In this document: one piece after another, positions 1 to 11,600 of the stretch
Layout: each line of letters starts with the position of its first letter
How positions within the stretch are numbered: the first letter of the stretch is position 1
Sequence record: OR805294.1
DNA: 64,000 nt
Strand: one strand, 5' to 3'
Program-made: the position numbers and the translations under genes
Notes under the pieces: generated by a model
What the model was told of the DNA's origin: nothing
Databases searched by the model: none
The model's input: only the letters and a program-made list of their open reading frames with translations

Positions 1-662
1 AGTCTTTCTAAGAAATCTTTTAGTCCATTTATTTCGAAGCCCCGATCGTGTTGCTCTATATCGCCGGTAACAATCATTTTACAATTCTCACCTATTCTTG
101 AAAAAAGCATTTTAGACATGTTAGGCGTTGTATTCTGTATTTCGTCTGCTAATATAACACAATTTTTAAATGTTCTGCCTCTCATATATGCAAGGGGAGC
201 AATTTCTATAATTTCTTCCATAAGCATTTGTTCTATTTCGACAGGGGAATAATATTCTTTAAACACATCCATTATTGGTATTACCCAAGGAGCCATTTTA
301 TCTATTAGCGTGCCTGGCAAAAAACCGTGTTCTTCGTCGACTGATACTGCTGGCCTAGTAATTACAATCTTATCGCATTTACCTTCTTTATATGCTTTAA
401 TTGCATACATAGATGCTAGTAATGTTTTTCCAGATCCCGCCGGACCTGTTGCAAATACAATGTGCTGTGTATCGTCTTCTAATGCGTCTACATATTCTTC
501 TTGTGCTAAGCTTTTTGGTATTAGCTTAACTTCTTGTTTTCTTTGTATAGATCTTACTTGTTTAGTATTAGTAGACGGCTGAACAACATTGTTAGTTACT
601 AGATGAAAGGTACTGTTAGGACCTTCGCTTGCTCGAGCTTTGCGCTTATCACGTTGTTTCAA
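1..662 (-). CDS. phoH: PhoH-like ATPase (partial, runs off window start)
   Basis: Manually translated on the minus strand from TTG at 662, with an AGGAG RBS upstream. It reads MKQRDKRK...IVFATGPAGSGKTLLA (Walker A)...IVITRPAV...HGFLPG...IEIAPLAYMRGRTF...ILADEIQN...IVTGDIEQHD, all PhoH signature motifs. It is absent from the ORF track because no stop codon lies in the window. Confidence 0.93.
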   Translation of the reverse strand, partial: MKQRDKRKARASEGPNSTFHLVTNNVVQPSTNTKQVRSIQRKQEVKLIPKSLAQEEYVDALEDDTQHIVFATGPAGSGKTLLASMYAIKAYKEGKCDKIVITRPAVSVDEEHGFLPGTLIDKMAPWVIPIMDVFKEYYSPVEIEQMLMEEIIEIAPLAYMRGRTFKNCVILADEIQNTTPNMSKMLFSRIGENCKMIVTGDIEQHDRGFEINGLKDFLER

Positions 663-732
663 AAGTATGACTCCTGGTTAAAATCTTATTTTTAGTGTGA
701 TAATATGTATAAAGACCTAATCTTTACATTGT

Positions 733-815
733 TATTTATGTGTGTTATTATACATTAAGACTTAAGAAAAATCTACATCTAATTTTAAATATTAAGATTA
801 ATGTGTAGATAAATA
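733..815. promoter_or_regulatory. Divergent T4-late-like promoter boxes (CATAAATA on minus at 733-740; GATAAATA on plus at 808-815)
   Basis: Match to the TATAAATA-type late consensus. The same box recurs upstream of genes at 5136, 12773, 17830, 18527, 21328, 41094, 51971(-) and 52515(-). Confidence 0.55.
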
Positions 816-838
816 TAATATATTATTTGGATAGTAAA

Positions 839-1360
839 ATGAACAAACACAATGCAGATACTGCTAGAGAGAATTTAGTTCAAATAGCAGGAAATAATAA
901 AGTATTAGATATGCTCATAGAATTAGAAAAAACATTAGATAACTGTAATGTTTTTTCTTATGCAAACTGGAATAAAGGAGAATTAGTTGCTGGACCCTTT
1001 ATTTCTAGATATTGGGTTACTACTACTTGGATGTACAATGAAAAAGATATGCCGGATCCCGATGCAGGATTGCGTTTACTAAAATACGGTTGCAAAGTAA
1101 AGTACGAAAGGGATGTTTTTTTAGAACCAAAAAAAGTAACAGGTAGACCTGACTACGAAAACCCATCCACTAAACAAGCAAAAATAGAAGAATTGCCTAT
1201 TTGGTTAGTGACAATAACTATGCCTAGGAAATTTATAGACGAAGCAATAATAGATGGCATGCAGGATTTCTCTAACGTAGATGATATAGATCCTAGTGCA
1301 ATAGCTGATGTAGAAGCAGCAGGCGAAAACGGAATAAACGATGTAGATGGAAATCTATAA
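839..1360 (+). CDS. Conserved jumbo-phage hypothetical protein
   Basis: ORF track 827..1360 (TTG); the ATG at 839 is the more likely start. Globular-looking sequence with an acidic tail. Confidence 0.7.
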   Translation: MNKHNADTARENLVQIAGNNKVLDMLIELEKTLDNCNVFSYANWNKGELVAGPFISRYWVTTTWMYNEKDMPDPDAGLRLLKYGCKVKYERDVFLEPKKVTGRPDYENPSTKQAKIEELPIWLVTITMPRKFIDEAIIDGMQDFSNVDDIDPSAIADVEAAGENGINDVDGNL

Positions 1361-1389
1361 AATTATTCCATATTATAAAGGGGTATATA

Positions 1390-2091
1390 ATGTTAGCTAG
1401 ACACTCATTAAAAGGAACCGTATTACCTATAATTTCGGTGGATGAGTATATGCCTAAATCTGGAACACAGGAAGAAGTTATAGTCATTGCATTCTATACC
1501 ATTGACGAAGACCCTGCGTTTGATTTAGACGATTTTATAGAAAAAAGTTTTATAGAAGTATTAGATGTTGATGTAAGTCCCAATCCCGACGAAAACGGAA
1601 ATTATTTAGTATTTGTAGAATTAAAAAGAAAAGCAGGCTTCTTTGAAAAATTTTACAAGATTATAAAAGATGTAGAAAATGTTTCTGGAAAGCAAGACTG
1701 GTTAGTGAAGGCATATCTTTGTAACGAATTACTACCATACAATGACGAAAGACTATTAGATTATATAATATTACTAGGTGACGAAGAAGCATCAATAACA
1801 GAAAGTGTAATATCTATGCTTACTGATAGCGATATATCTTCTGCTCACATAGATGATTCTAGAATATACATATCTAATTCTCATAGAACAGTAAGTTTTG
1901 AGCCATTGTATATAGGCGAAACAGCATTTAATAGTTTAAAACTAAATGAATGTGCTATAGAACTATCTAATGTAGATAGTAATGTTGCTTTATTATCGGC
2001 ATTTTTAGGTAAAAGATGGGAAGTATATAAACTAAACGAATATATAATACTTCAACACCAATCTAAGCAACCTATTATAGCCAAATTATAA
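1390..2091 (+). CDS. Hypothetical protein
   Basis: 233-aa ORF in operon with its neighbours. Confidence 0.7.
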   Translation: MLARHSLKGTVLPIISVDEYMPKSGTQEEVIVIAFYTIDEDPAFDLDDFIEKSFIEVLDVDVSPNPDENGNYLVFVELKRKAGFFEKFYKIIKDVENVSGKQDWLVKAYLCNELLPYNDERLLDYIILLGDEEASITESVISMLTDSDISSAHIDDSRIYISNSHRTVSFEPLYIGETAFNSLKLNECAIELSNVDSNVALLSAFLGKRWEVYKLNEYIILQHQSKQPIIAKL

Positions 2092-2095
2092 TCAA

Positions 2096-2122
2096 AAAGC
2101 ACTTATTTTCGATAAGTGCTTT
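2096..2122. terminator. 11-bp hairpin AAAGCACTTAT-tttcg-ATAAGTGCTTT (terminator or attenuator)
   Basis: Perfect inverted repeat between ORF 1390 and the DnaJ gene; the U-tract on plus is weak. Confidence 0.45.
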
Positions 2123-2129
2123 AACTATC

Positions 2130-2819
2130 ATGAAGAATTGGCAAACAATCCTTGGCGTATCTGCTAATCCCACAGAAAAACAGATAAAGACTGCATATAG
2201 AAAACTTGCATCAAAATATCATCCTGACAGAAATAAAGATAAAGATGCAGAAAACATGTTTAAACAAGTAAGGGAAGCATACGAATATGCAATAAAATGG
2301 ATTTCTATTAAAACAGAACAATACACAGATACAGTATATATTCCATTAAAATACCAAAATAAAGGCGGCAAATTCAAGACAGCTAATCATAAATTTATTA
2401 TAGAAATTCCGCCACATTTCCCTCATAATTCACAAAAAATAATAATAGTAAACAATTCTATATTATTAGTTACTGTAATATTCATACATGATACATTTTC
2501 TATAGCTCAAAATGGAATAGATGTATATGCAACTATTTCTGTAGAAAGTCTCGACATAATTATGGGTACAGAAATAATAGTTGAGCATCCGTACGGAAAT
2601 AAGATAAAAGTAGGTATACCTACATCATTTGTATCTGGATCTAAAATACTAGTGAAGAATAAAGGTATTAAGAATACATATACAGTAAACAATATTTTAG
2701 AAACCATAACAGGTCATTTGTATATAACTGTCAACATGTTCACAAAAGTTCGTTTGACTAAAAGTAGCGATACTAGTATACTACTAACGTACAAAGCAAA
2801 ACCATACACAATCTCGTAA
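2130..2819 (+). CDS. dnaJ: DnaJ-family co-chaperone (J-domain plus DnaJ C-terminal domain, CbpA-like, no Zn finger)
   Basis: N-terminal WQTILGV...[18 protein letters not shown] (HPD motif)...[10 protein letters not shown]-terminal [26 protein letters not shown]...VKNKGI...GHLYITV. Confidence 0.88.
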   Translation: MKNWQTILGVSANPTEKQIKTAYRKLASKYHPDRNKDKDAENMFKQVREAYEYAIKWISIKTEQYTDTVYIPLKYQNKGGKFKTANHKFIIEIPPHFPHNSQKIIIVNNSILLVTVIFIHDTFSIAQNGIDVYATISVESLDIIMGTEIIVEHPYGNKIKVGIPTSFVSGSKILVKNKGIKNTYTVNNILETITGHLYITVNMFTKVRLTKSSDTSILLTYKAKPYTIS

Positions 2820-2828
2820 GGGGTACAC

Positions 2829-5048
2829 ATGGATAGCCAAAAGAAACTGAATACCGTACTTACTGAAGCAAAAAAACTTGCAGTAAGTCACCAACACGAA
2901 GCCATTACTTCAGATCATGTATTGTATGTTTTATTAGGATACGACGAAGTAAAGGACTGTGTTAAAAACTGCAATGCAGACCCGGATCAATTAACTAAAG
3001 CAGTATCTGATTTCCTTGTTACCCAGTTAGGAAAATCCCGACACATAACTGATATGAATATTGATATCAGTCCCTCTCTTAGTCGCTGGTGCCAGCAATT
3101 GGCAACTAAAATTGCATTAGATCCTAACAAAGCAATGACGTATGTCGATATGCTCGATGCACTCATCAAAGACACCAGTTGCAATGCAAGCCAGCTTCTC
3201 GCGCACTACGGTGTTACTACTGCTGTAGTAACTGAAGCTAAGAAATCTGCAGAAGCAGAATCCCTCATAAAGTCGTTTACTCGCAATCTTAACGACGAAG
3301 TATCTGAGGGTAAAATCGATCCGGTTATCGGCCGGGAAACTGAACTAGAAGAAGTTATCGAAGCCCTCGCCCGCCGGCGAAAAAACAATTGCATTCTTAC
3401 CGGCAAAGAAGGTGTGGGTAAGACAGCAATTGCCGAAGGGTTGGCGATGAAAATCGTTAACGGCGAGGTGCCCGAAGCAATTTCTGACAAACAAGTTATT
3501 TCACTCGATATCGGCGCGATGATGGCAGGCACTAAATATCGCGGCGAGTTCGAAGAGCGTATGAAAGCGCTGCTAGACGAACTAAAAGCAATGAAAAATG
3601 CCATCGTCTTCATTGACGAAATACATATGATCATGGGCGCCGGTGCAAGTAATGGTTCGTCAGTAGACGCTGCTAACCTGCTCAAGCCAGAATTGGCAAA
3701 AGGAACACTTCGTTGCATAGGCGCAACTACCTACGACGAATATAGTACACACTTCGAAAAAGATCGGGCATTAATGCGTCGGTTCCAAAAAGTGGATGTT
3801 CCGCCGCCTAGTGTAGGCGACACTAAAAAAATAGTTGCCGGACTAAAGCAATATTACGAAGAGTTCCATGGCGTCAAATACGACGTAGGGACTCTAGATC
3901 TAGCAGTCGATTTGACTGAACGATACATCAAAACTCGGCACCAACCCGACAAATCAATCGATGCAATAGACTTAGTCGGCGCCAGAGCTAAATTAGCAGG
4001 GATCTCTACCATTACCGAGCGTATGGTCATAGAAACTGTAGCTAAATTAGCTCATATGCGTCCGGAAATGCTGGATAACACCGAAAACGACACTATTGCT
4101 CGTCTAGAAGGTAACCTCAAACACGATGTGTTTGGGCAAGACGAAGCTATTAACAAGCTCTGCGAAGCAGTAATGGTACACAAAGCAGGACTTCGAGATG
4201 CTAATAAGCCGATCGGTAACTTCTTATTAGTAGGTCCGACCGGTACTGGCAAAACGTTCTTGGCAAAAAAACTATCCCAACATATGGGTATTCCATTAGT
4301 GCGGTTCGATATGTCTGAATACCAAGAACAGCATAGCGTCGCCCGGCTGCTGGGCGCGCCGCCCGGATATGTAGGGCACGGGGAAGGTGAAGCCGGCGCC
4401 GGGCAGTTAATCTCTGAGATTGAAAAAAATCCCAACTGCATCTTGTTGCTAGACGAAATCGAAAAAGCACACCCGAAGGTATTTAGTACATTCCTTCAAG
4501 TGATGGATGACGCCCGGCTAACTTCGTCAACTGGCAAAACTGTATTCTTCGGTAACGTTTTGCTACTAATGACATCTAATTCCGGCGCCGCACAAGCTGC
4601 TAAAGCATCAATCGGATTTGGAAATAATTTTAACGACGGTGCAATAGATAGCGCAGTTACAAAAGGATTTGCGCCTGAATTCCGGAACAGGCTCGACGGC
4701 ATTGTTAAGTTCTCGGCGCTCACTATTAACGAAATGTCTAAGATTGTAGACACTGAGTTTGCTAAAGTGCAAGCAAGTGTACTAGAAAAAGGCGTATCGT
4801 TGATCCTTACCCAAGAAGCACGTCAAAAATTAGCAACAGATGGATATGATCCCAAGATGGGAGCCCGTCCGCTCGCGAGGCTGTTCCAAGAGAAAGTCAA
4901 GTTGCCGCTGTCAAAGCTGATGCTACTTGGCGATCTTAAAAATGGCGGTCACGCAGAAGTCAGGGTAGTAGCAGACGAAGTTGTAGTTATACAAGCAATT
5001 GCCCCTGCCACTAAAGCTAAAAAGAAAATAGACCAAACAGTAGTTTAA
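2829..5048 (+). CDS. clpA: ClpA-like AAA+ unfoldase
   Basis: Clp N-domain. NBD1: DPVIGRETE, GKEGVGKT, FIDEIH. NBD2: VFGQDEA, GPTGTGKT, RFDMSEYQE, APPGYVG, LLDEIEKAH. ClpP-docking IGF loop (ASIGFG). The ClpB middle coiled coil is absent. Confidence 0.92.
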   Translation: MDSQKKLNTVLTEAKKLAVSHQHEAITSDHVLYVLLGYDEVKDCVKNCNADPDQLTKAVSDFLVTQLGKSRHITDMNIDISPSLSRWCQQLATKIALDPNKAMTYVDMLDALIKDTSCNASQLLAHYGVTTAVVTEAKKSAEAESLIKSFTRNLNDEVSEGKIDPVIGRETELEEVIEALARRRKNNCILTGKEGVGKTAIAEGLAMKIVNGEVPEAISDKQVISLDIGAMMAGTKYRGEFEERMKALLDELKAMKNAIVFIDEIHMIMGAGASNGSSVDAANLLKPELAKGTLRCIGATTYDEYSTHFEKDRALMRRFQKVDVPPPSVGDTKKIVAGLKQYYEEFHGVKYDVGTLDLAVDLTERYIKTRHQPDKSIDAIDLVGARAKLAGISTITERMVIETVAKLAHMRPEMLDNTENDTIARLEGNLKHDVFGQDEAINKLCEAVMVHKAGLRDANKPIGNFLLVGPTGTGKTFLAKKLSQHMGIPLVRFDMSEYQEQHSVARLLGAPPGYVGHGEGEAGAGQLISEIEKNPNCILLLDEIEKAHPKVFSTFLQVMDDARLTSSTGKTVFFGNVLLLMTSNSGAAQAAKASIGFGNNFNDGAIDSAVTKGFAPEFRNRLDGIVKFSALTINEMSKIVDTEFAKVQASVLEKGVSLILTQEARQKLATDGYDPKMGARPLARLFQEKVKLPLSKLMLLGDLKNGGHAEVRVVADEVVVIQAIAPATKAKKKIDQTVV

Positions 5049-5058
5049 CACTACTCCT

Positions 5059-5088
5059 AAAAATAGCCCCAAACGGGGCTATTTTTTT
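5059..5088 (+). terminator. Rho-independent terminator
   Basis: AAAAATAGCCCC-aaac-GGGGCTATTTTTTT directly after the clpA stop. Confidence 0.85.
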
Positions 5089-5165
5089 GACAACAATTTT
5101 CAGTAACGTACTAATTCAATACAATTACGTACACTGATAAATACTGCATAATAATAGAGGTCAAA

Positions 5166-5600
5166 ATGAGTATTAGAAAATCTGTATTAATGCTGCAAGG
5201 TGCAAGTTTTGACGGAGAAATGAAAATAGTAGGTGAAAGAGTTAGGGCTGACAACTTTTTCGGTTTTACTGACGGAATTCATACAGTATCTATGTCTTAT
5301 TATAATTTTAAAGGATACTTTATGCTTCAAGGAACTCTATCTATGAATCCAGAAGAGTCGGATTGGTTTAATATAGATGTAACTGAACGAAATAGAAGAA
5401 CCACTGTTTTACGTTTCCCCGAAGATCCGGCGCATCCCACAGGCGAGAAAAACGGCGATACCGGTACAAAGGCATTTACTTTTATAGGTAATTTTACTTA
5501 TCTAAGAGCAGTTGTATCGTGGGAAGGATATATACCGCCGCCTGTACTTGTAACAAACGAAGATATGGGTAGTGTAGATAAAGTGCTGTTAGCAATGTAA
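5166..5600 (+). CDS. Putative virion structural protein
   Basis: 144-aa beta-rich ORF behind a GATAAATA box (5136-5143) and a GAGG RBS; first gene of the structural block. Confidence 0.6.
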   Translation: MSIRKSVLMLQGASFDGEMKIVGERVRADNFFGFTDGIHTVSMSYYNFKGYFMLQGTLSMNPEESDWFNIDVTERNRRTTVLRFPEDPAHPTGEKNGDTGTKAFTFIGNFTYLRAVVSWEGYIPPPVLVTNEDMGSVDKVLLAM

Positions 5601-5613
5601 GGTTAAAAAGAAT

Positions 5614-8600
5614 ATGAGTATACAATCGGGTCCTTCTGTATTAAATCAATTTGTTCCAGATTTTCTGATAGATAGTACACCAACTAATGGTCAATTTTTA
5701 GTTTATGACGATACTGTCCAGGCATTTGTAAATAGCACAAATCCCAGAATCGTATTAGATTCGTCTAATATATTAGACGGTTCTATAACAATTGATAAAC
5801 TTGCAATATCTGGTAATAAAGTACCTGGATACGTACTAACTATAACTTCCGCAGGCGGAATGGCATTTTTACCAGTGCCCGGCAACGGCGGCCAGCTACC
5901 TAGTCTAGATGAATTACTAGACACAAATATAGTATCTCCTACTGTAACCCAATATCTTAAATGGGACGGTTCTGCATGGGTTAATAGTAATATAACATTA
6001 AATGATGTATCAGATGTCTCTGTTATCTCCCCTACAGCCGATGATGTATTAGCATGGGAATCAGGTTCTTGGACAAATAAGAAAATAGATTATACATCAC
6101 TAACAAACAAACCAGATTTGAGTGATGTAGTTAGATCTAGCGAATTGTCATCAGTTGCATTCAGTGGTGATTATAATGATTTAGTAAATATTCCCAGTGC
6201 AACTTCTAATACTATAGTTGGATTAACAGATGTTAACGATACTGCACTACCTAACGGATTCTTGCGCTGGAACGCAAGCGGTGATGAGGTAGAATTTATT
6301 ACTTCAATTTCTGCTACTGTAATAACCGGGTTAGCTCCAGTTGCTACTAGTGGAAATTATAATGACTTATTAGGAAAACCTAATTTGTCAGTGTATCCGC
6401 TTAGAACTGAATTTTCTACTGTTGCAACCACCGGTAATTATTCTGATTTGAACAATGTGCCTTTGACATTTGCACCAAGTGCGCATACTCACCCGGCTGC
6501 ACAAATCACAGGATTAGCATCTGTAGCTACTAGCAACGATTATAACGATTTAGTTAATAAACCGACTGCGATGGCTCCAACATCACATACGCATGCTATA
6601 TCTGATATTATAGGATTGCAAAATTCGCTAGATAGTAAGTTGACTGTTAATTTAACTACTAGACTTCCAAAAGATGTTATTTATTTTAACGGCACTTCAT
6701 GGATAAACAAGCAATTATCTTATACTGATATTTCCGGTACTCCTAACTTAGATAACTATGTTACTGATTCAGAATTATCTACTGTTGCTACAACTGGCAG
6801 ATATTCTGATTTAATAAATAAACCTGAGTTAGTAGAAAATTTAAACGACTTATTAGACGTAGATGTTTCTTCTAAACAGACAGGGAACGTATTAACCTGG
6901 AACGGAACAGCATGGGTTGCTAGTGCAATAACACAAGCAAGCATAGATTGGGCTAATATAAGCAATAAACCAAGCGTTTTTAGCCCCGCTGCGCATACAC
7001 ACGACATAGTAGACGTACTAGGCCTGCAAAGTTTACTAGACAGTAAACTTGACGCAAATATTGCATTCGACGGCGATTATAATAGTTTAACAAATAAACC
7101 GGGGTTAATAGATCTTCAAGATACATTTAGTCCTGCTGTGCCTAATGGATTCTTACGGTGGAATAATTTAGGTACCTTAGTTGCATATCAAGATTACATA
7201 TATCCGCAAGATATTTCAGGATTGTCAGATGTTGCTATATCGGGTCAGTATTCAGATTTATTGGGTACCCCTTCCTTATCGACTGTTGCTATAACCGGGA
7301 GTTATAGCGACTTAATTGATGCGCCGCCTGCGTTTGACGGCGATTATGATAGTTTAACAAATAAACCGTTTATTCCTACTAATTTTGATTTTAAATTTAT
7401 AGGTTTGAATGATGTAAGTCCCACAGTTCAGCCCGGTGGCTATTTAAAATGGAACTTAGACGGTTCATTTGTTGTATCGTCAGCAAACATTCCTGCAACA
7501 GATGTAGCAGGATTGTCTGTTGTGTCTACAACCGGACAATATTCAGATTTATTAGGCAAACCGTTATTAGCTACAGTTTCTTCGTCAGGTAGTTATACTG
7601 ATTTAATAAATATTCCTGCTGAATTTAATCCAGCCGAACATACCCACAATATAGCAGACGTATCCGGATTACAGGCATCCCTAGATAATAAATTAAATAC
7701 CTCTGATGCATTTAGTGGTGATTATAATGATTTAACTAACGCACCTACTAATAGTTCATATTCATTAGTGGGATTATCAGATACTAATTCTGTACCTGTT
7801 GCAAACGGATTCTTACGCTGGAATGCATCTGGAAGTAGTATTGAATATATTCAAACAATTCCTGTAAATGCAATAACTGGATTGGCTCCTGTCGCATCAT
7901 CTGGCCAGTATGCAGATTTGCAAGGAATACCGGATTTATCTGACTATGTTTTATCTGTATCATTAGCTGACATAGCTACAACTGGAGAATATTCAGATTT
8001 AATAAATGCACCCGATTTAAGTGTGTATGCTAATAAAACTGATCTGTCAGATGTAGCTACAACAGGACAATATTCGGATTTATTGGGTATTCCTACGCAA
8101 TTTACACCGACAGTTCATGTCCATAACGTTTCTCAAATAAGTGGATTATCTACAGTTGCTACTAGCGGAAGTTATAATGATTTATCTAATAAACCGTCGT
8201 TTGCTAATGTTGCAACAACAGGCAGCTATGATGATCTAAACAATAAACCATCCATACCTACTAATGGCAGTTTTAGTTTACTTGGGTTAAATGATACGAA
8301 TAATACGCCAGTTGCAGATGGTATATTGCGTTGGAATTCCAGTGCAAATCAGGTAATATATGCAAATACAATCGATGCACAATCTGTTTCTGGATTAGCT
8401 ACTGTTGCGACTATAGGTAAACTATCTTCACTAAGTGATGTTGATTTAATAGGTTTGAACCAGAATGAAATATTGCAGTGGAACGGTTCTGCATGGGTAC
8501 CTGTACCTTATAATCCTAATCAAATACAAGCTTACATAGAGAGCGGAAATACAAAAGTTTCTACTAACGATATTTTAGATAGCATTGTTCTAACAGCAGG

Positions 8601-11600
8601 ACCTACCACTGGAAATATAATATTCGAGTTAGGAAATACAAATAGCTCAATTATTCTAAATCCAGTTGCTAATAACGTAGATGCTCTTATTTCTTCTACT
8701 TCTAGAATAAAATTAGATTCATCCACTGGCATATCATTAGGTAATATAAGTTATCCAATGACCGACGGTACAGTTGGACAAGCAGTAGTTACAAATGGAG
8801 CTGGCCAACTATCGTTTGAAACGGTAGTTAAACCCTCTCAATTGGCTACAGTTGCTACTAGTGGAAATTATAATGACTTAACTAATAAACCTACATTAGT
8901 AACCGAACTAAACGGACTTGCTGACGTTCGTATGCGTGATACTAATGGAAATTATTTAGCACAACCAGAGGATGTGTTAACATATTCTAACGGAATATGG
9001 CAAGCACGACCGAACACTAGTTCTTCTTTTATAGGTTTAAGCGATACCCAAAATATAACATTGCCGGAAGATAGGGCCAATGCATACCTACGTTGGGATA
9101 CTACTGGAAATCTAATTATATACGAAGATAGTATTTCTGCAAGCGTAATTGCCGGATTAGCAGAAGTAGCAACCACAGGAGATTTGCACGATTTAATAAA
9201 TGTAAATGTAAATTTACCTGATATGAACAATCCAGCTACACAAGCTGTTTGGGGTTTAATATGGGATCGTCAGAATCAACGTTGGATAAATTACAATTTA
9301 CGTAATATAGCAGGTTCGGGTGGATCTACAGTAGTAGCATTAAATGACTTAACTGATGTTACTCTTACTTTCCCTGTAGTTGACGGTAATGTTCTTAGAG
9401 CAACTGTGCAACCAGACAATAGTATTGTTTGGCAGAACAAACAACTATCTTATAGTGACTTAACTGGAACTATAAGTATGAGTCTGTTGCAATTAACTGA
9501 TACTAGTTCATCTGCTGTACCTAATGGATTCTTGCGGTGGGACTCGTCGGGTAGTACAGTTCAGTATATTACTACAATAAGTACAAATGATATAACTGGG
9601 TTAGCTCCAGTTGCTACTAGTGGAAATTATAATGACTTATCTAATACACCTGCTATACCGGCATCAATTAACGATTTAGCAGATGTTAATACCGTTAGTC
9701 CTGTTCCTACAAACGGATATGTATTAACATGGGATAGTAGTTCGAATAATTGGATTGCAAAAGAACCTGCAACTAACCCATCTGGTAGTACAGCCCTAGC
9801 TGATCTAACAGATGTATCTCTATCTGATCTAGCTGCTAGTGATGTTTTAAAATACAACGGCACTACATGGGTAAACGAACCAGTTACGTATTCTGAATTA
9901 ACAGATTTACCTACATTTGCGTTAGTTGCATTTAGTGGTGATTATAATGATTTAACTAATAAGCCATCGGGATCTACTACATCTATACTAGATCTAACTG
10001 ATACTGCAGATACTGCACTACCTAACGGATTCTTGCGCTGGAACGCAAGCGGTGATGAGGTTTTATATCAATCATCTATTAATGTTTCTGATATAATAGG
10101 ATTATCCGGTGTAGCTATAAGTGGTGATTATAACGATTTATCCAACAAACCGGAAAATAATTCGTATTATTTTAGAAAGTTAGCTGATGCAGGAAATCCG
10201 CAGCCTAATACATTTATAAAATATCCTGCGTTTACTATTCCGCCCGGTAGTGATATAGACGATGTTAATCCTATACTCGAATATGTAAGTAGCATAAATG
10301 CACTAACTGACATAGATAACCTAGCTCCGGTTGCTACTAACGGAATACTAGGAAGTTTAGTAGACGTAAATCTAAATTCAGTAGAAGACGGACAAGTTCT
10401 TACTTATGATGCTGTAACAAATAGCTGGATAAACAAAAATAGTTCAGGATCGCCGGTAGTAACTTCGTGGACAAAGATAAATGGCAACTATACTGTAACT
10501 GGTTCAGAATATTTATTGGTAGATACAACTTCTGCTAGTGTAACAATTACTCTGCCTGTTGCCCCTACCGAAAATATGGTAATTCGTATTGCTGATTGGA
10601 AAGGTACATTTAGAACAAATAGTTGCGTAGTGAATACTAATGGCATGCCTTTAATGGGTGCCAGCATGGATAACACACTAACTATTCAGAACCAAAATGC
10701 AAGTATAGAGTTAACATTTGTAGACACAACGTACGGTTGGAAAATAACAGATGGTATAGGTGAGATATCTAAACAAAACATTCCAGTTACGAATTGGCGT
10801 ACTGTAGATTCATCTAGCACTCCTGCTATGCTAATAGCTCAACCGGGCGAAGCAATTTATGTTAATACCAACAATGGTGCAGTAACTGTTAAATTACCGA
10901 CAGGAGCAAGTGTTAACGCTGTTGTTAGAATAGCTGACTTGTTAGGTACTTACGATAAAGCAAGTTGCTTTGTAGATGGCAACGGCAACCCAATAATGGG
11001 TAAAAACGAAATATTAGAAATTGCAAACGAAAATGCTTCTATAGAATTTACATACGTCGATTCGGTAGTAGGGTGGAAAGTAACAGACGGCATAGGTGAA
11101 TTAGGTAGAAAAACTGATATTGCATCTGATTCGGATATAATAGTTTATGTAGCTACAGATGGTAACGACACTACAGGAAGTGGAACCGAAGAATCTCCAT
11201 TTGCTACATTAAATGCTGCTTTCCTTAGTCTAGATGGCAAATTTGTAAATAGTTCTGCAGAAATTATAGTTCGTGTTGCAGAAGGTGTATACGAACCTAC
11301 TAATCCTGTTGCGTTTAGTCACATTCAAGGGATGAATGTAAAACTAATAGGCGAATTGCCCCAGGCAAGTAGTTCATTTACTGTTACTAATATAACCAAT
11401 GATTCAGGATTGGCAAAAGTAACAATGCAACTTTCTTCTGTCAGTGAGTACGAAGTAGGGGACATTATAAAGATTACGTCAGCAGCAACTATGTTAGAAT
11501 GTGTTGAAATTATAACAGCAATAAACACAGGATCTAATACTTTAGAGATAGTAATTCCTAATAGTGTATTAGCTGATGTATCTGACTATACTGGGTACAC

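Noticed and set aside
310-582. Plus-strand 90-aa ORF in the track
   Set aside because: It is the antisense shadow of the minus-strand phoH gene, which has clear motifs and an RBS.
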